64,000 nt of DNA from an uncultured Gemmatimonadales bacterium. GTDB taxonomy: Bacteria; Gemmatimonadota; Gemmatimonadetes; Gemmatimonadales; Gemmatimonadaceae. A model generated the notes under the pieces. It searched no databases, had not been told where the DNA came from, and saw only the letters and a program-made list of their open reading frames with translations. The stretch is taken from NCBI GenBank assembly GCA_963851265.1, contig CAWKNZ010000005.1:96001-160000 (forward strand). Reading direction: 5' to 3'. Made by a program: the position numbers and the translations under genes. This document shows positions 30,475-41,021 of this stretch, piece by piece (position 1 is the stretch's first letter; each line of letters begins with the position of its first letter).

Positions 30475-30634
30475 GCGCCGTGGCTCCGGGAACGCCGGTC
30501 AACGCGCGGTGCACGCGCCCGGCCCGTGCGGGGATTGCGATGGAGCGCCCCCGCGCACAACCCGGGCAAGCGACAGGCCAGCGACCGCGTCTCGCGCGCC
30601 GCCGCTGGCCCGCCCGACGCGTTCGTACTCGCCC

Positions 30635-31645
30635 CTACTCGGGGCGCGCCCCGGGCACGGCCGCGCTCGGTCGCGCGGCGACGAGGGTCGCGATCGGCGT
30701 CGGGGTCTGCCACACGGGGATCACGCCGCGCTCGGTCACGAGCGTGTCGGCGGCCCCGGTCGACCGTCGGCGGCCGGTGTGGGTGCCGGCGCGCGTGAGG
30801 AGCGCGGCGCCGAAGCCGGCGCTGAGGCCGATCCAGGTTACGGCGACCGCGAGCGTACGCGCGACGAGGGTCGCGCCCGGCACGCTCCCCAGCGCACCCG
30901 CGACCATCCAGAGCGCGAGGAACACGCCGAGCCCGAGCAGGATCGGCGCGGGCGACCGCGTGGGGAGCGCGCCGTCCCGGCCGGTGCGCGCCATGAGCGC
31001 GCGTCCCAGCACGGTGGCGGCGGCGAGGAACCCGAGCACGGCGAGCCCGGCCGCCGCGGCGATGTAGATCACGACGGCGAGCGGCACGACCACGATGCCG
31101 ACGAGCGTCGCGGCGAGCGCCGCGACGAGCACCACGAGCGCCGGCGCGACGAGCAGCTGGCCGGCGACGCCCACGGCGAGCGCGCGCGCCGGGTGCTGCT
31201 CGACCAGCTCACGCACCGCGCGCAGTTGTCGGTCGGCGCGCGTCGCCACCGCAGCCCCGAGCGCGGCGAGCAACAGGAACCAGCCGAGCGGCATGCCGAG
31301 CGTGGTGGCGAGTGTGGGCGGGGCAACCGCGCCGGGACTCGTTCCCTCGAACAGGCCGCGCGGCGCGGCCACGTCGGCGCGCGTGGCATGGCCGAACAGG
31401 CTCGCCGCGTTGCCCTCGACGCGCGCACCCGGGTGAACGACCACGTCGCCGAAGACCGTGAGCACGTCGCCGTGGACCGTGCCGTACACGTCGACCGGTC
31501 CGCGGACGAGGATCACGCTCCCCGGCTGCGCCGCCCCCGCCGGCACCACGAGCCCGCCGGACGGCGCCGACGCGGAGACCGGCGGTGCGGCGGACGGTCC
31601 GACGGTCGGGGACGACGGGTCGGCCTGGCGCACGCCGCCCCTCAC
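30635..31645 (-). CDS. Membrane protein with N-terminal bactofilin-like beta-solenoid, coupled to the anti-sigma gene
   Basis: GTG start overlaps the anti-sigma TGA; 'GTVHGDVLTVFGDVVV..GARVEGN' repeats followed by several TM helices. Confidence 0.7.
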   Translation of the reverse strand: MRGGVRQADPSSPTVGPSAAPPVSASAPSGGLVVPAGAAQPGSVILVRGPVDVYGTVHGDVLTVFGDVVVHPGARVEGNAASLFGHATRADVAAPRGLFEGTSPGAVAPPTLATTLGMPLGWFLLLAALGAAVATRADRQLRAVRELVEQHPARALAVGVAGQLLVAPALVVLVAALAATLVGIVVVPLAVVIYIAAAAGLAVLGFLAAATVLGRALMARTGRDGALPTRSPAPILLGLGVFLALWMVAGALGSVPGATLVARTLAVAVTWIGLSAGFGAALLTRAGTHTGRRRSTGAADTLVTERGVIPVWQTPTPIATLVAARPSAAVPGARPE

Positions 31646-32247
31646 GCCTCGAACGGCGGCTGGTCCGACGACGCGACGCGCCGGCTGGCCGCCGCCGCCG
31701 CGCGCAGCCCCGTGCCCGCGAGGGCGAGCGCGGCGACGAGCATGGCGAGCGCGAGCGCGAGCGTCGTACCCGACGTGGCCGGCGCGCCGGCGAGCTCGGC
31801 GACCAGCCCGCGCGCCCCGTCCCAGAGAGCCGCCCGCAGGTCGGCCGCCGCCGCGTCGGTGGTGAAGGCGAGCAGGTCGGCGTGCGCCAGCACCCAAACC
31901 GTCACCGTCGTCAGCAGCGCCCCCATCGCGACGGCACCGCTCGCCGCGAGCACGCGCAGCGGCGTCGACGCCGGGACGAGGCGGCGCGCCGTGTCGGCGA
32001 CGGCCACGTGCCACGGCTCGAACACCTGGACGTCCGCCATCACGCGGTCGGCAAATCCGATCGACGGCGCGAGGTGCGGCAACAGGTCGAGCGATGCCGT
32101 GAGGGCCTCCGTTCGCTCGAGCTCGGCCCGGCACGCCGCGCACTCCCGCACGTGCGCGCGAAGCGGCGCCACGCCGAATCCGGATTCGAGACCGGATTCG
32201 GCATCGACCAGCAGGTCGAATTCGTCGGGGAGGAGATGGCGGTTCAC
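31642..32247 (-). CDS. Zinc-binding (ZAS) membrane anti-sigma factor
   Basis: HxxxCxxC motif (HVRECAAC), 'APS.GFADRVM', two TM segments; lies downstream of the ECF sigma gene. Confidence 0.82.
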   Translation of the reverse strand: MNRHLLPDEFDLLVDAESGLESGFGVAPLRAHVRECAACRAELERTEALTASLDLLPHLAPSIGFADRVMADVQVFEPWHVAVADTARRLVPASTPLRVLAASGAVAMGALLTTVTVWVLAHADLLAFTTDAAAADLRAALWDGARGLVAELAGAPATSGTTLALALAMLVAALALAGTGLRAAAAASRRVASSDQPPFEA

Positions 32248-32269
32248 GTCACGGGATGTCGTTCGGGCC

Positions 32270-32296
32270 TACGCGGAGGGGCGCGGCGAGGTTTCA
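32270..32296 (-). promoter_or_regulatory. SigW-type ECF promoter TGAAAC-N17-CGTA upstream of the anti-sigma gene
   Basis: Minus strand TGAAAC (32296-32291) and CGTA (32273-32270); GTG start at 32247. Confidence 0.6.
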
Positions 32297-32334
32297 GCAC
32301 GGGACAAGCACGGGACAAGCACGGGACGGAGCAC
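32296..32334. repeat. 11-bp tandem repeat (AGCACGGGACA) ~3 copies
   Basis: Two exact units plus one variant abutting the ECF -35 element. Confidence 0.8.
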
Positions 32335-32386
32335 CGGCGCCGCACGCGTGCCACGCGCGAAGGCGCCGGTACGCGCTCCGCGCCGC

Positions 32387-32998
32387 CTAGGCGCGGGTAC
32401 CTTCGAGGGCGCGTCGCAACTCGTGCCGCGCGCGGTGGATGTAGGTCTTGACCGTGCCGAGGGGAAGGTCGAGCGCGGAGGCGATCTCCTCGTACGACCG
32501 CCCCTCGACGTGCCGAAGCATGATGCAGGCCCGGTAGAGCGGGCGCAGCCGGGCGACGGCCTGCTCGATCGCGGTGCCGAGCTCGCGCGCCTCGAGCTCG
32601 TCGAGGGCCGACTCCTGGTCCGCCGCCAGCTCGAGCGACGACGCGGCCGACTCGGCCGCCGTGCGCGCGTGCGGCGAGCCGTCGATGCTCACCGTGTCGA
32701 GCGTGCGCCGGCGCAGGTGATCGATCGCGACGTTGTTGGCGATCTTGAAGATCCAGCTCGAGAACTTGAACTCGGGGCTGTACTTGTCGATGTGGTTGAG
32801 GATCTTGACGAACGTCTCCTGCGCGAGGTCCTCGCTCGTCTCGCGGTCGCGCACCATGCGGTAGATGAGCGAGAAGACCGGCCGCTCGTAGCGCCGCACG
32901 AGCTCGCGGAACGCGCGCTCACGCCCTTCCTGCGCCAGCCGCACGACGTCGGCATCGGGCAGGTTGGTGAGGTCGAGAGAGGGCGGCGGCGGGGGCAT
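32387..32998 (-). CDS. ECF RNA polymerase sigma factor (SigW/RpoE-like)
   Basis: AFRELVRRY, EDLAQETF, KFSSWIFKIANN and SYEEIA..LPLGTVKTYIHRAR motifs. Confidence 0.93.
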   Translation of the reverse strand: MPPPPPSLDLTNLPDADVVRLAQEGRERAFRELVRRYERPVFSLIYRMVRDRETSEDLAQETFVKILNHIDKYSPEFKFSSWIFKIANNVAIDHLRRRTLDTVSIDGSPHARTAAESAASSLELAADQESALDELEARELGTAIEQAVARLRPLYRACIMLRHVEGRSYEEIASALDLPLGTVKTYIHRARHELRRALEGTRA

Positions 32999-33092
32999 GC
33001 GAGGAGGAGCGGCTGAGGCGAAGGCGCGCCGCGCCCGACCAAAGTAGCGGCGCCGCTGGCGACGATGCGCCCTCGCGGGCGAGCTTACGAGG

Positions 33093-33881
33093 ATGCCCTC
33101 ACCGCCGCCCCCTCCCGACGTCGCCGCGTCAGCCGCCGCCGGCGGGCGCGAGAAGCGCGCGTACGTGCAGCGCATCTTCTCCGAGATCGCGCCGCGCTAC
33201 GACCTGCTCAACCGCGTGCTCTCGCTCAACGTCGACCGCTGGTGGCGGCGCCGCGCCCTCGCCGCGCTGGCGTGGACGGAGCGCCCGGCGGGCGTCTACC
33301 TCGACCTCTGCGCGGGCACGCTGGACGTGGGCGCGCTGCTCGCCCGGCAGCGGGGGTTCCGCGGCCTCGTCGTCGGGGCCGACTTCGCCGAACCGATGCT
33401 GCGCGCGGGCGAGGGTAAGGCGCCGCGCGACGGTGCGCCCGCTCTCGCTCCCGTCGCCGCCGACGCCGTCGCGCTCCCCTTCGCCGACGGCGCGCTCGAC
33501 GGCGCGATCGTCGCCTTCGGGATCCGCAACGTCGCCGGACTCGACGCCGCGCTGGCCGAGGCGCGGCGGGTGCTGCGGCCGGGCGCGCGCTTCGTCATCC
33601 TCGAATTCACGACACCGCCCAACGCCCTCGTGCGCGCGGCCTACCACGCCTACTTCCACCGCGTGCTTCCCACGGTCGGCCGCCTCGTGAGCGGCCACCG
33701 CACGGCCTACCGCTATCTCCCCGAGTCGGTCGCGCACTTCCCGCCCGAGGCCGCGCTCGCCGACCGGATGCGCGCCGCGGGGTTCGACGCGGTGCGCTGG
33801 GAACGCCTCACGCTCGGCGTCGCCGCGATCCACGTCGGCACCGCCGGCCCGGCAACCGCGCCTGCGGCTCGCGCCGCGTGA
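33093..33881 (+). CDS. ubiE: UbiE/MenG C-methyltransferase
   Basis: 'FSEIAPRYDLLNRVLS', LDLCAGT, FGIRNV and YRYLPES motifs. Confidence 0.9.
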   Translation: MPSPPPPPDVAASAAAGGREKRAYVQRIFSEIAPRYDLLNRVLSLNVDRWWRRRALAALAWTERPAGVYLDLCAGTLDVGALLARQRGFRGLVVGADFAEPMLRAGEGKAPRDGAPALAPVAADAVALPFADGALDGAIVAFGIRNVAGLDAALAEARRVLRPGARFVILEFTTPPNALVRAAYHAYFHRVLPTVGRLVSGHRTAYRYLPESVAHFPPEAALADRMRAAGFDAVRWERLTLGVAAIHVGTAGPATAPAARAA

Positions 33882-34414
33882 CCGGGTCTCGCGAGCGCCC
33901 CGGCGGCGCCTCGCCCGCGGGGGGGGCGGCCCACGTCGTCGGCCTCATCTCCGACACGCACGGACTGTTACGCCCGGCGGTGTTCGACGCGCTGGCCGGC
34001 GTGGAGTTGATTCTGCACGCCGGTGACGTCGGCGGCCCCGACCTTCTCGCCGAACTCGGGGCGATCGCGCCGGTGCGCGCGGTGTTCGGCAACACCGACC
34101 CGCCGGGTGTGGCGTGGCTGGCCGAGTCGCTCGACGTCACGGTCGGCGGTCTGCGCGTGCACGTGCAGCACGGCCACGAGCTGGGGCGGCCCAACCCCGA
34201 ACGGGTGCACGCGGCGTATCCGGACGCCGACGTGTGCGTGTACGGACACACCCACCGCCAGGTGGTGTGGCGGGCACCGGACGGGCGGCTCGTCGTGAAC
34301 CCGGGTGCGGCCGGGCACCGCCGCTTCGACCTCGTGCCGTGCGTCGCACGGCTGACGGTGCGCGACGGGCACGCGGAGGCCGCGCTGATCGAACTCGAGG
34401 CGGGTCGTCGTTAG
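33878..34414 (+). CDS. YfcE-family metallophosphoesterase
   Basis: SDTH, HAGD, GNTD, HGH, GHTH and NPG motifs. Confidence 0.9.
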   Translation: MTGSRERPGGASPAGGAAHVVGLISDTHGLLRPAVFDALAGVELILHAGDVGGPDLLAELGAIAPVRAVFGNTDPPGVAWLAESLDVTVGGLRVHVQHGHELGRPNPERVHAAYPDADVCVYGHTHRQVVWRAPDGRLVVNPGAAGHRRFDLVPCVARLTVRDGHAEAALIELEAGRR

Positions 34415-34445
34415 GCGTGCGGCGGTCGGCGCGGCGCGGCGCGTC

Positions 34446-34685
34446 TCACACCACTCGGAAGTGCGACGCCGGGTACAGGAAATCGTCGTCCGAGTCGTCG
34501 ATGATGCGGTAGAACGCGCCGTCGGCTTCCACCCCGATCCGCTGGTAGAACCGCCCGAGGGTGAGATCGTGACACCCGCCGGGTTCGTCCTCGCCGGGGA
34601 TGATGAGCCACGGCCGGATCGAGACGCACTGCACGAGGGTCGTGGGCTCCCACGCGGCATCAGGAGGTTGCCAGGTCGTTGCCAT
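34446..34685 (-). CDS. Small hypothetical protein (79 aa)
   Basis: ATG 34685 with a GGAG RBS; globular-looking sequence ending 'YRIIDDSDDDFLYPASHF'. Confidence 0.6.
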   Translation of the reverse strand: MATTWQPPDAAWEPTTLVQCVSIRPWLIIPGEDEPGGCHDLTLGRFYQRIGVEADGAFYRIIDDSDDDFLYPASHFRVV

Positions 34686-34950
34686 CGCTCGCTCCGCTCG
34701 GGTTGAGGGTGAGCCTGGCGATTGCGCCGGGCCCAGCGGGCCGCGCCCGCGCCGGAAAGACGATGGGTCGCAGCGCGAAGGTACTGCAACGCCGAACACC
34801 ACGCAGTCATCCGGCCGCCGCTACCAAAGTGCAAGAGCACGGCCATCTTACCGGTGTACGGCGGGCGTCGCGTAACCGCCTCGTATCACGTGAGTTAATG
34901 CGCGATCCCGGGCTGCCGCACGCCGTCATGCATCGTCACGAACCGGGCTC

Positions 34951-36354
34951 TCACGCGGCCGCGTCGAATCCGGGGTCGTCGTCGGTGGGGGGCGCCGGTG
35001 CGGTCGCGTCGCCGCCGGTCGGGGAGGGGCCCGACGGATCGGCCGAGGCACCCGCGCCCCCGACCGAGGCCGGTCCGTCGGACGCCGCCTCCAGACGCGC
35101 TCGCCACCACGTCGGCTCGGCCGCGTGCGCCAGCAGGTGCCGCGGCAGCGCGGTCCGCCCGAGTTCGCCGTCGCGGTGTCGGAACCACGACGAGAGGAGA
35201 AGCAGCTCGTCGACCTCGTGGGTCGGGACCGCGCCGCCGCGCTCGCGCGGCGTGTAGATCCGCCGCGCGTCCTCCGCCAGCCGCTCGGCCGACGCCGCGT
35301 CGTGCGGCAGTGGGTGGTCGGCACGCACCCGCCCGCGGCGCACGAGGTACACGCGGGCGGCGGCTTCGGCGGGCTCCACCGGTCCCGCGCGGCGGCGCTG
35401 CGGCACGCGCCCGGGGTCGCCCGGCACCACGTAGGCGAACGACAGCGTCTCGACCGCGAATCGCAGACGGTCGAACTGCGCCTGCAGCATCTCGAGGCGC
35501 CGCACCTTGTCGCGCAGGTGCGCCGCGCGCTCGAACTCCAGCCGCTCCGCGCTCGCCTCCATGTCGGCCCGAAGCGCGGCGAGCGGCCCGTCGTTGGCGC
35601 CGTCGAGGAAGGCGCGCGCGAGCGCGACGCGCTCGCGGTACTGGTCGACCGTGCACGCGCCCACGCAGGGGCCGAGGCACTTCTTGATCTCGTGGCGGAT
35701 GCAGCGCGGCGCGCGCGTCGCGATCTGCACCAGATCGAGCGCCGCGCCCGAGAACAGCTCGTGCTGGTCGCCGAAGCGCATCGGCACGTCGTTGGCGCAG
35801 TCGCGCAGGCCTAACGCGTCGCTCAGCTCGCGCACGGCGTCGCCCACCTGGTCGGCGCCGCGGAACGGGCCGTAGTACACGCCGCCGTCCGCACTCCCCG
35901 TCGAGCCGCGCACCACCTGCAGTTTGGGCGCCGCGCCGCGCGTGAGCTTGATGAAGCTCCAGTGCCGCGCGTCGCGCTTCATGGCCACGTTGTAGCGGGG
36001 GCGCAGCCGCTTGATCAGCCGCAGCTCGAGCAGCAGCGCGGCGAACTCGCTCGGCGTGTACTCCCACTCGAGGTGGCAGGCGTCGCGGAGGATGCGCGCG
36101 CCCTTCTCGTCGGGGTACACGCAGCGGAAGTACGAGAGCAGCCGCGTGCGCACGTGCTTCGACTTGCCGACGTAGATCACCTCGCCGCTCTCGCCCAGCA
36201 TGCGATAGACGCCGGGTCGGTCGTGCGCCTCGGCCCGCACGTAGTCGCGCAGGGCGGGGAGGTGTGCGTCGGGCGCGGAGGCGAGCGCGGCCGCGACGAT
36301 CGCCGGCACCGGTGCGGGCTCGGCGCCCGGACCGAACTCCGAGAGCGCACTCAC
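34951..36354 (-). CDS. GIY-YIG nuclease with UvrC N-terminal half only (Cho-like)
   Basis: PGVY..IYVGKS, E..LIK..RPRYN, Cys cluster (CIRHEIKKCLGPC) and UVR domain; no RNase H-like or HhH C-terminus. Confidence 0.85.
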   Translation of the reverse strand: MSALSEFGPGAEPAPVPAIVAAALASAPDAHLPALRDYVRAEAHDRPGVYRMLGESGEVIYVGKSKHVRTRLLSYFRCVYPDEKGARILRDACHLEWEYTPSEFAALLLELRLIKRLRPRYNVAMKRDARHWSFIKLTRGAAPKLQVVRGSTGSADGGVYYGPFRGADQVGDAVRELSDALGLRDCANDVPMRFGDQHELFSGAALDLVQIATRAPRCIRHEIKKCLGPCVGACTVDQYRERVALARAFLDGANDGPLAALRADMEASAERLEFERAAHLRDKVRRLEMLQAQFDRLRFAVETLSFAYVVPGDPGRVPQRRRAGPVEPAEAAARVYLVRRGRVRADHPLPHDAASAERLAEDARRIYTPRERGGAVPTHEVDELLLLSSWFRHRDGELGRTALPRHLLAHAAEPTWWRARLEAASDGPASVGGAGASADPSGPSPTGGDATAPAPPTDDDPGFDAAA

Positions 36355-36364
36355 CGCGGCGTCC

Positions 36365-37237
36365 TCACGCGCCGCCGTCGGCGTCGGCGCCGGGCTGGCA
36401 GCGCGCGCAGAACACGGTCGTCCGCCCGTCGATCCCGTGCGTCTCGCCCAGCGCGTCGCCGCAGCGGAAGCACGGGCGGCCGCCGCGCCCGTACGTCTTG
36501 AGGTGCAGCACGTACGCACCGCGGCGGCCGCGCGGGCTCACGAAGTTCTCGAACGTCGTGCCGCCGTGGTGCACGCTCTCGTCGAGCGCGTCGACGACGG
36601 CGTCGCGCAGCGCCCGCACCTCGCCGTCGGTGAGCGAGGTGGCCGGGCGGGCGGGGTGGATGCGAGCCGCCCAGAGCGCCTCGTTCGCGTAGATGTTGCC
36701 CACCCCGGCGAGCCGCTGTTGGTCCATCAGGACGCGCTTGACCGGCTGCGCCGAGCGGCCGAGCGCGGCGCGGAGCGCCTCGGGGGTGAACGCAGGGTCG
36801 AGCGGCTCGGGACCGAGCCGCGCGACGTGGGCGTCGAACTCGGCGGGCGCGAGCAGCGCGACGGTGCCTAACGCGCGGATGTCGCGGTAGTGGAACGCGC
36901 GGCCGGCGGCCCCGTCCGCGTCGGCCAGGTGGAAGGTCACGCGCACGAAGCGCCGCTCGGACTCCGGGAACGGCTCGCCGAAGCCCTCCAGGAGCACGGT
37001 GCCCGTGAAGCGGGGCTGCACCGCGAGCCGGTCGCCGGTCGAGAGGTCCACGACGATGAGCTTCGCGCGCCGCCAGACGCGCGCGACGCGCGCGCCGCGG
37101 GTGCGCCGCGCGAGTTCGGCCGCGTCGACGCCGCGGAGGACCGAGGGGCGCGGGACGTCGACGCCCGTGAGCACCGCGCCGCGCAGGGCGGCGTCGAGGT
37201 CGCGGGCGATCGTCTCGGTCTCGGGGAGTTCGGGCAT
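36365..37237 (-). CDS. mutM: Formamidopyrimidine-DNA glycosylase
   Basis: N-terminal PELPE, LMDQ..AGVGNIYA.E, and CxxC/CxxC zinc finger. Confidence 0.95.
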   Translation of the reverse strand: MPELPETETIARDLDAALRGAVLTGVDVPRPSVLRGVDAAELARRTRGARVARVWRRAKLIVVDLSTGDRLAVQPRFTGTVLLEGFGEPFPESERRFVRVTFHLADADGAAGRAFHYRDIRALGTVALLAPAEFDAHVARLGPEPLDPAFTPEALRAALGRSAQPVKRVLMDQQRLAGVGNIYANEALWAARIHPARPATSLTDGEVRALRDAVVDALDESVHHGGTTFENFVSPRGRRGAYVLHLKTYGRGGRPCFRCGDALGETHGIDGRTTVFCARCQPGADADGGA

Positions 37238-37307
37238 CGGGCGGGTGGGGCGGTCGGCGGGGGCGCGGGCAGTGACGGAAGGGCCGTTCGGGATGACCCC
37301 CCGATCG

Positions 37308-38699
<1,392 letters not shown>

Positions 38700-38704
38700 G
38701 CGCG

Positions 38705-39727
38705 TCAGCCCCGCGGCGGGCCGCGGAACGCGTCGCCCACCGCGCCCGCGAACGCGTCGGCCGCGCGCCCCACCGCGTCGCGCACCGTCGCCGTCGCCTG
38801 CCACACCTGGTCGCCGTAGTAGCCGGCCGCGTCCGCGACGTCGTCGCCTAACGGACGCGGCGCGTCCGCGCGGCGCGGGTAGTCGCCGGCGAGGACGCGC
38901 GCGTAGGCGCCGCCTTCGACCCAGCGCCGGAGCTCGCCCACGCGCACGGTGTGGAACGGGTGGTCCTGCTGCGCCGCGGCGAGCACCTGCAGCACGCGGT
39001 CCCACGCCGAGTCGGTGGTCTCGTACTCGGCGGCCTGCGCGAGGAAGGCGTCGAGGTCGAGCGCGTCGCCCGGCGTGCCGCGGCGCGTGCCGCCGGCGAG
39101 CTTGAGGAACGCGCGGTACGCCACGCGCGGCTCCTGCACGCCCAACACGCCGGCGCGGTCGCACGAGAGCTCGGCCTTGCGGTACCACTCCAGCAGCGCG
39201 AGCCGGAACGGCAGGAGCGCGAGCCCCGCGAAGGCGGGCAGGCTGTTGAGGCCCAGCGTGAGCAGGATGATCGCGATCGTGTTGTAGGTGACGTGCCCGC
39301 TCGCGATGTGGCCGATCTCGTGGGCCAGGAGAAAACGCTGCTCCTCCGGCTCCAGCAGCTCGACCGATGCGGTGTTGAGCACGATGAACGGGTCGGCGAA
39401 CCCGACCGCGCCGGCGTTCACGAACGGGGTCTGCGTCACGTAGAGCTCGGGCACGCGCCCCGACGCGCCCGGCGCGGGGTTCACGCCCGGCCAGTCGAGG
39501 GCGTGGAGCATCTCCTGGTAGCCGGCCCAGAGTGTGGGGTACTGCGTGGGCCCCACGCGCACGGCGTTGGCGAGGAAGAGCTGCCGGATGCCGCGCTCGC
39601 CGAAGAAGCCCGCCACGCGGCGCACCACCGCATCGAAGCCGGGGAGGGCGCGCAGCGCGTTGAGGGCGGCGCGGTCGGCGGGGTGCTCCCACGCGGTGCT
39701 GCTGATGTCGGCGAGGCGGATCGGCAC
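38705..39727 (-). CDS. M48-family zinc metallopeptidase
   Basis: WEHPADR, HEIGH, 'WYRKAELSCDRAG' and 'HPFHTVR' motifs. Confidence 0.88.
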   Translation of the reverse strand: MPIRLADISSTAWEHPADRAALNALRALPGFDAVVRRVAGFFGERGIRQLFLANAVRVGPTQYPTLWAGYQEMLHALDWPGVNPAPGASGRVPELYVTQTPFVNAGAVGFADPFIVLNTASVELLEPEEQRFLLAHEIGHIASGHVTYNTIAIILLTLGLNSLPAFAGLALLPFRLALLEWYRKAELSCDRAGVLGVQEPRVAYRAFLKLAGGTRRGTPGDALDLDAFLAQAAEYETTDSAWDRVLQVLAAAQQDHPFHTVRVGELRRWVEGGAYARVLAGDYPRRADAPRPLGDDVADAAGYYGDQVWQATATVRDAVGRAADAFAGAVGDAFRGPPRG

Positions 39728-39774
39728 GTCGGGGTCCGGGCGGGGGTGGGGGCGGCGTCGGGCGGCGCTTCGGC

Positions 39775-40959
39775 TTACAGGCCCGCGAAGGCCTGGTCCA
39801 GATCCTCGATCAGGTCCTCGGTCTCTTCGACCCCGCACGAGAGCCGGACGAGCCCCTCGCCGAGTCCGATCGAGCCGCGGCGTTCCGCCTCGACGCTCGC
39901 GTGCGTCATCGCCGCCGGGTGGGAGATCAGCGACTCGACGCCGCCTAACGACTCGGCGAGCGCGAAGACGCGCGTGCGGCCGAGCACGTGCGCGGCGCGC
40001 TCGCGCGTGCCGAGGTCGACGGCGATCATCCCGCCGAAGCCGGTCATCTGGCGCACGGCGAGCGCGTGCTGCGGGTGCGACGCGAGCCCCGGGTAGAGCA
40101 CGCACTCCGCGCCCACGCGCTCGGCGAGCCACGCGGCCACCGCGCGGCCGTTCACGTCGTGCTGGCGCATGCGCAGGTGCAGCGTCTTGGTGCCGCGGAG
40201 CACGAGCCACGCGTCGAACGGCCCGGGCACGGCGCCGGCGGCGTTGAGGATGAACTGCAGGCGGGTGCCGAGGTCGTCGTCGTCGAGCACCGCGACGCCG
40301 CCGACGAGGTCGGAGTGGCCGTTGAGGTACTTGGTCGACGAGTGCCAGACGATGTCGGCGCCCATCTCGAGCGGCCGCTGGAAGTAGGGCGTCGCGAACG
40401 TGTTGTCGACGACGAGCAGCGCGCGCCCGTCGCGCCCGCCCGCGTGCGCGACCTCCGCCGCGGCCCGGAGGTCGGTGAGGCGCATGAGCGGGTTGGTGGG
40501 CGTCTCGACGTGCACCATGCGCGTCTCGGGGCGCATCGCGTCGGCGATGCGCTGCGGGTCGCGGGTGTCGACGTACGTGAAGCTGATCCCGAGGTGCTGC
40601 AGGAGCTTGTCGAAGAGGCGGAAGGTGCCGCCGTAGACGTTCTCGCCGCACACGACGTGGTCGCCGGCGCGGCAGAGCTTCATGATCGAGTCGAGGCAGC
40701 CCATGCCGCTCGAGAAGGCGAAGCCGTAACGCGCGCCTTCGAGCGCGGCGACGTTGCGCTCGAGCGCCTCGCGCGTGGGGTTCTTGCCGCGGGCGTACTC
40801 GTAGCCCTTGTGCTGGCCGAGCGCGTCCTGGACGTAGGTGGAGGTCTGGTAGATCGGCGTCATGATCGCGCCGGTCGTCGGGTCGGGCTGCTGGCCGGCG
40901 TGGATCGCGCGGGTGCCGAAGCCGGCGGCCGCGAACGGGTCGTCCTGGATGCGCGTCAT
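39775..40959 (-). CDS. metB: Cystathionine gamma-synthase/gamma-lyase family PLP enzyme
   Basis: PIYQTSTY, ETPTNP, DNTFATP, HSSTKYLNGHSD and AESLGGVESL; exact specificity not resolvable. Confidence 0.85.
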   Translation of the reverse strand: MTRIQDDPFAAAGFGTRAIHAGQQPDPTTGAIMTPIYQTSTYVQDALGQHKGYEYARGKNPTREALERNVAALEGARYGFAFSSGMGCLDSIMKLCRAGDHVVCGENVYGGTFRLFDKLLQHLGISFTYVDTRDPQRIADAMRPETRMVHVETPTNPLMRLTDLRAAAEVAHAGGRDGRALLVVDNTFATPYFQRPLEMGADIVWHSSTKYLNGHSDLVGGVAVLDDDDLGTRLQFILNAAGAVPGPFDAWLVLRGTKTLHLRMRQHDVNGRAVAAWLAERVGAECVLYPGLASHPQHALAVRQMTGFGGMIAVDLGTRERAAHVLGRTRVFALAESLGGVESLISHPAAMTHASVEAERRGSIGLGEGLVRLSCGVEETEDLIEDLDQAFAGL

Positions 40960-41021
40960 CCGGGCAAGATAGCCGGCGCCGGCGCTGGTTTCGGGGGGCG
41001 CAACATTCGACATTACGGGCG

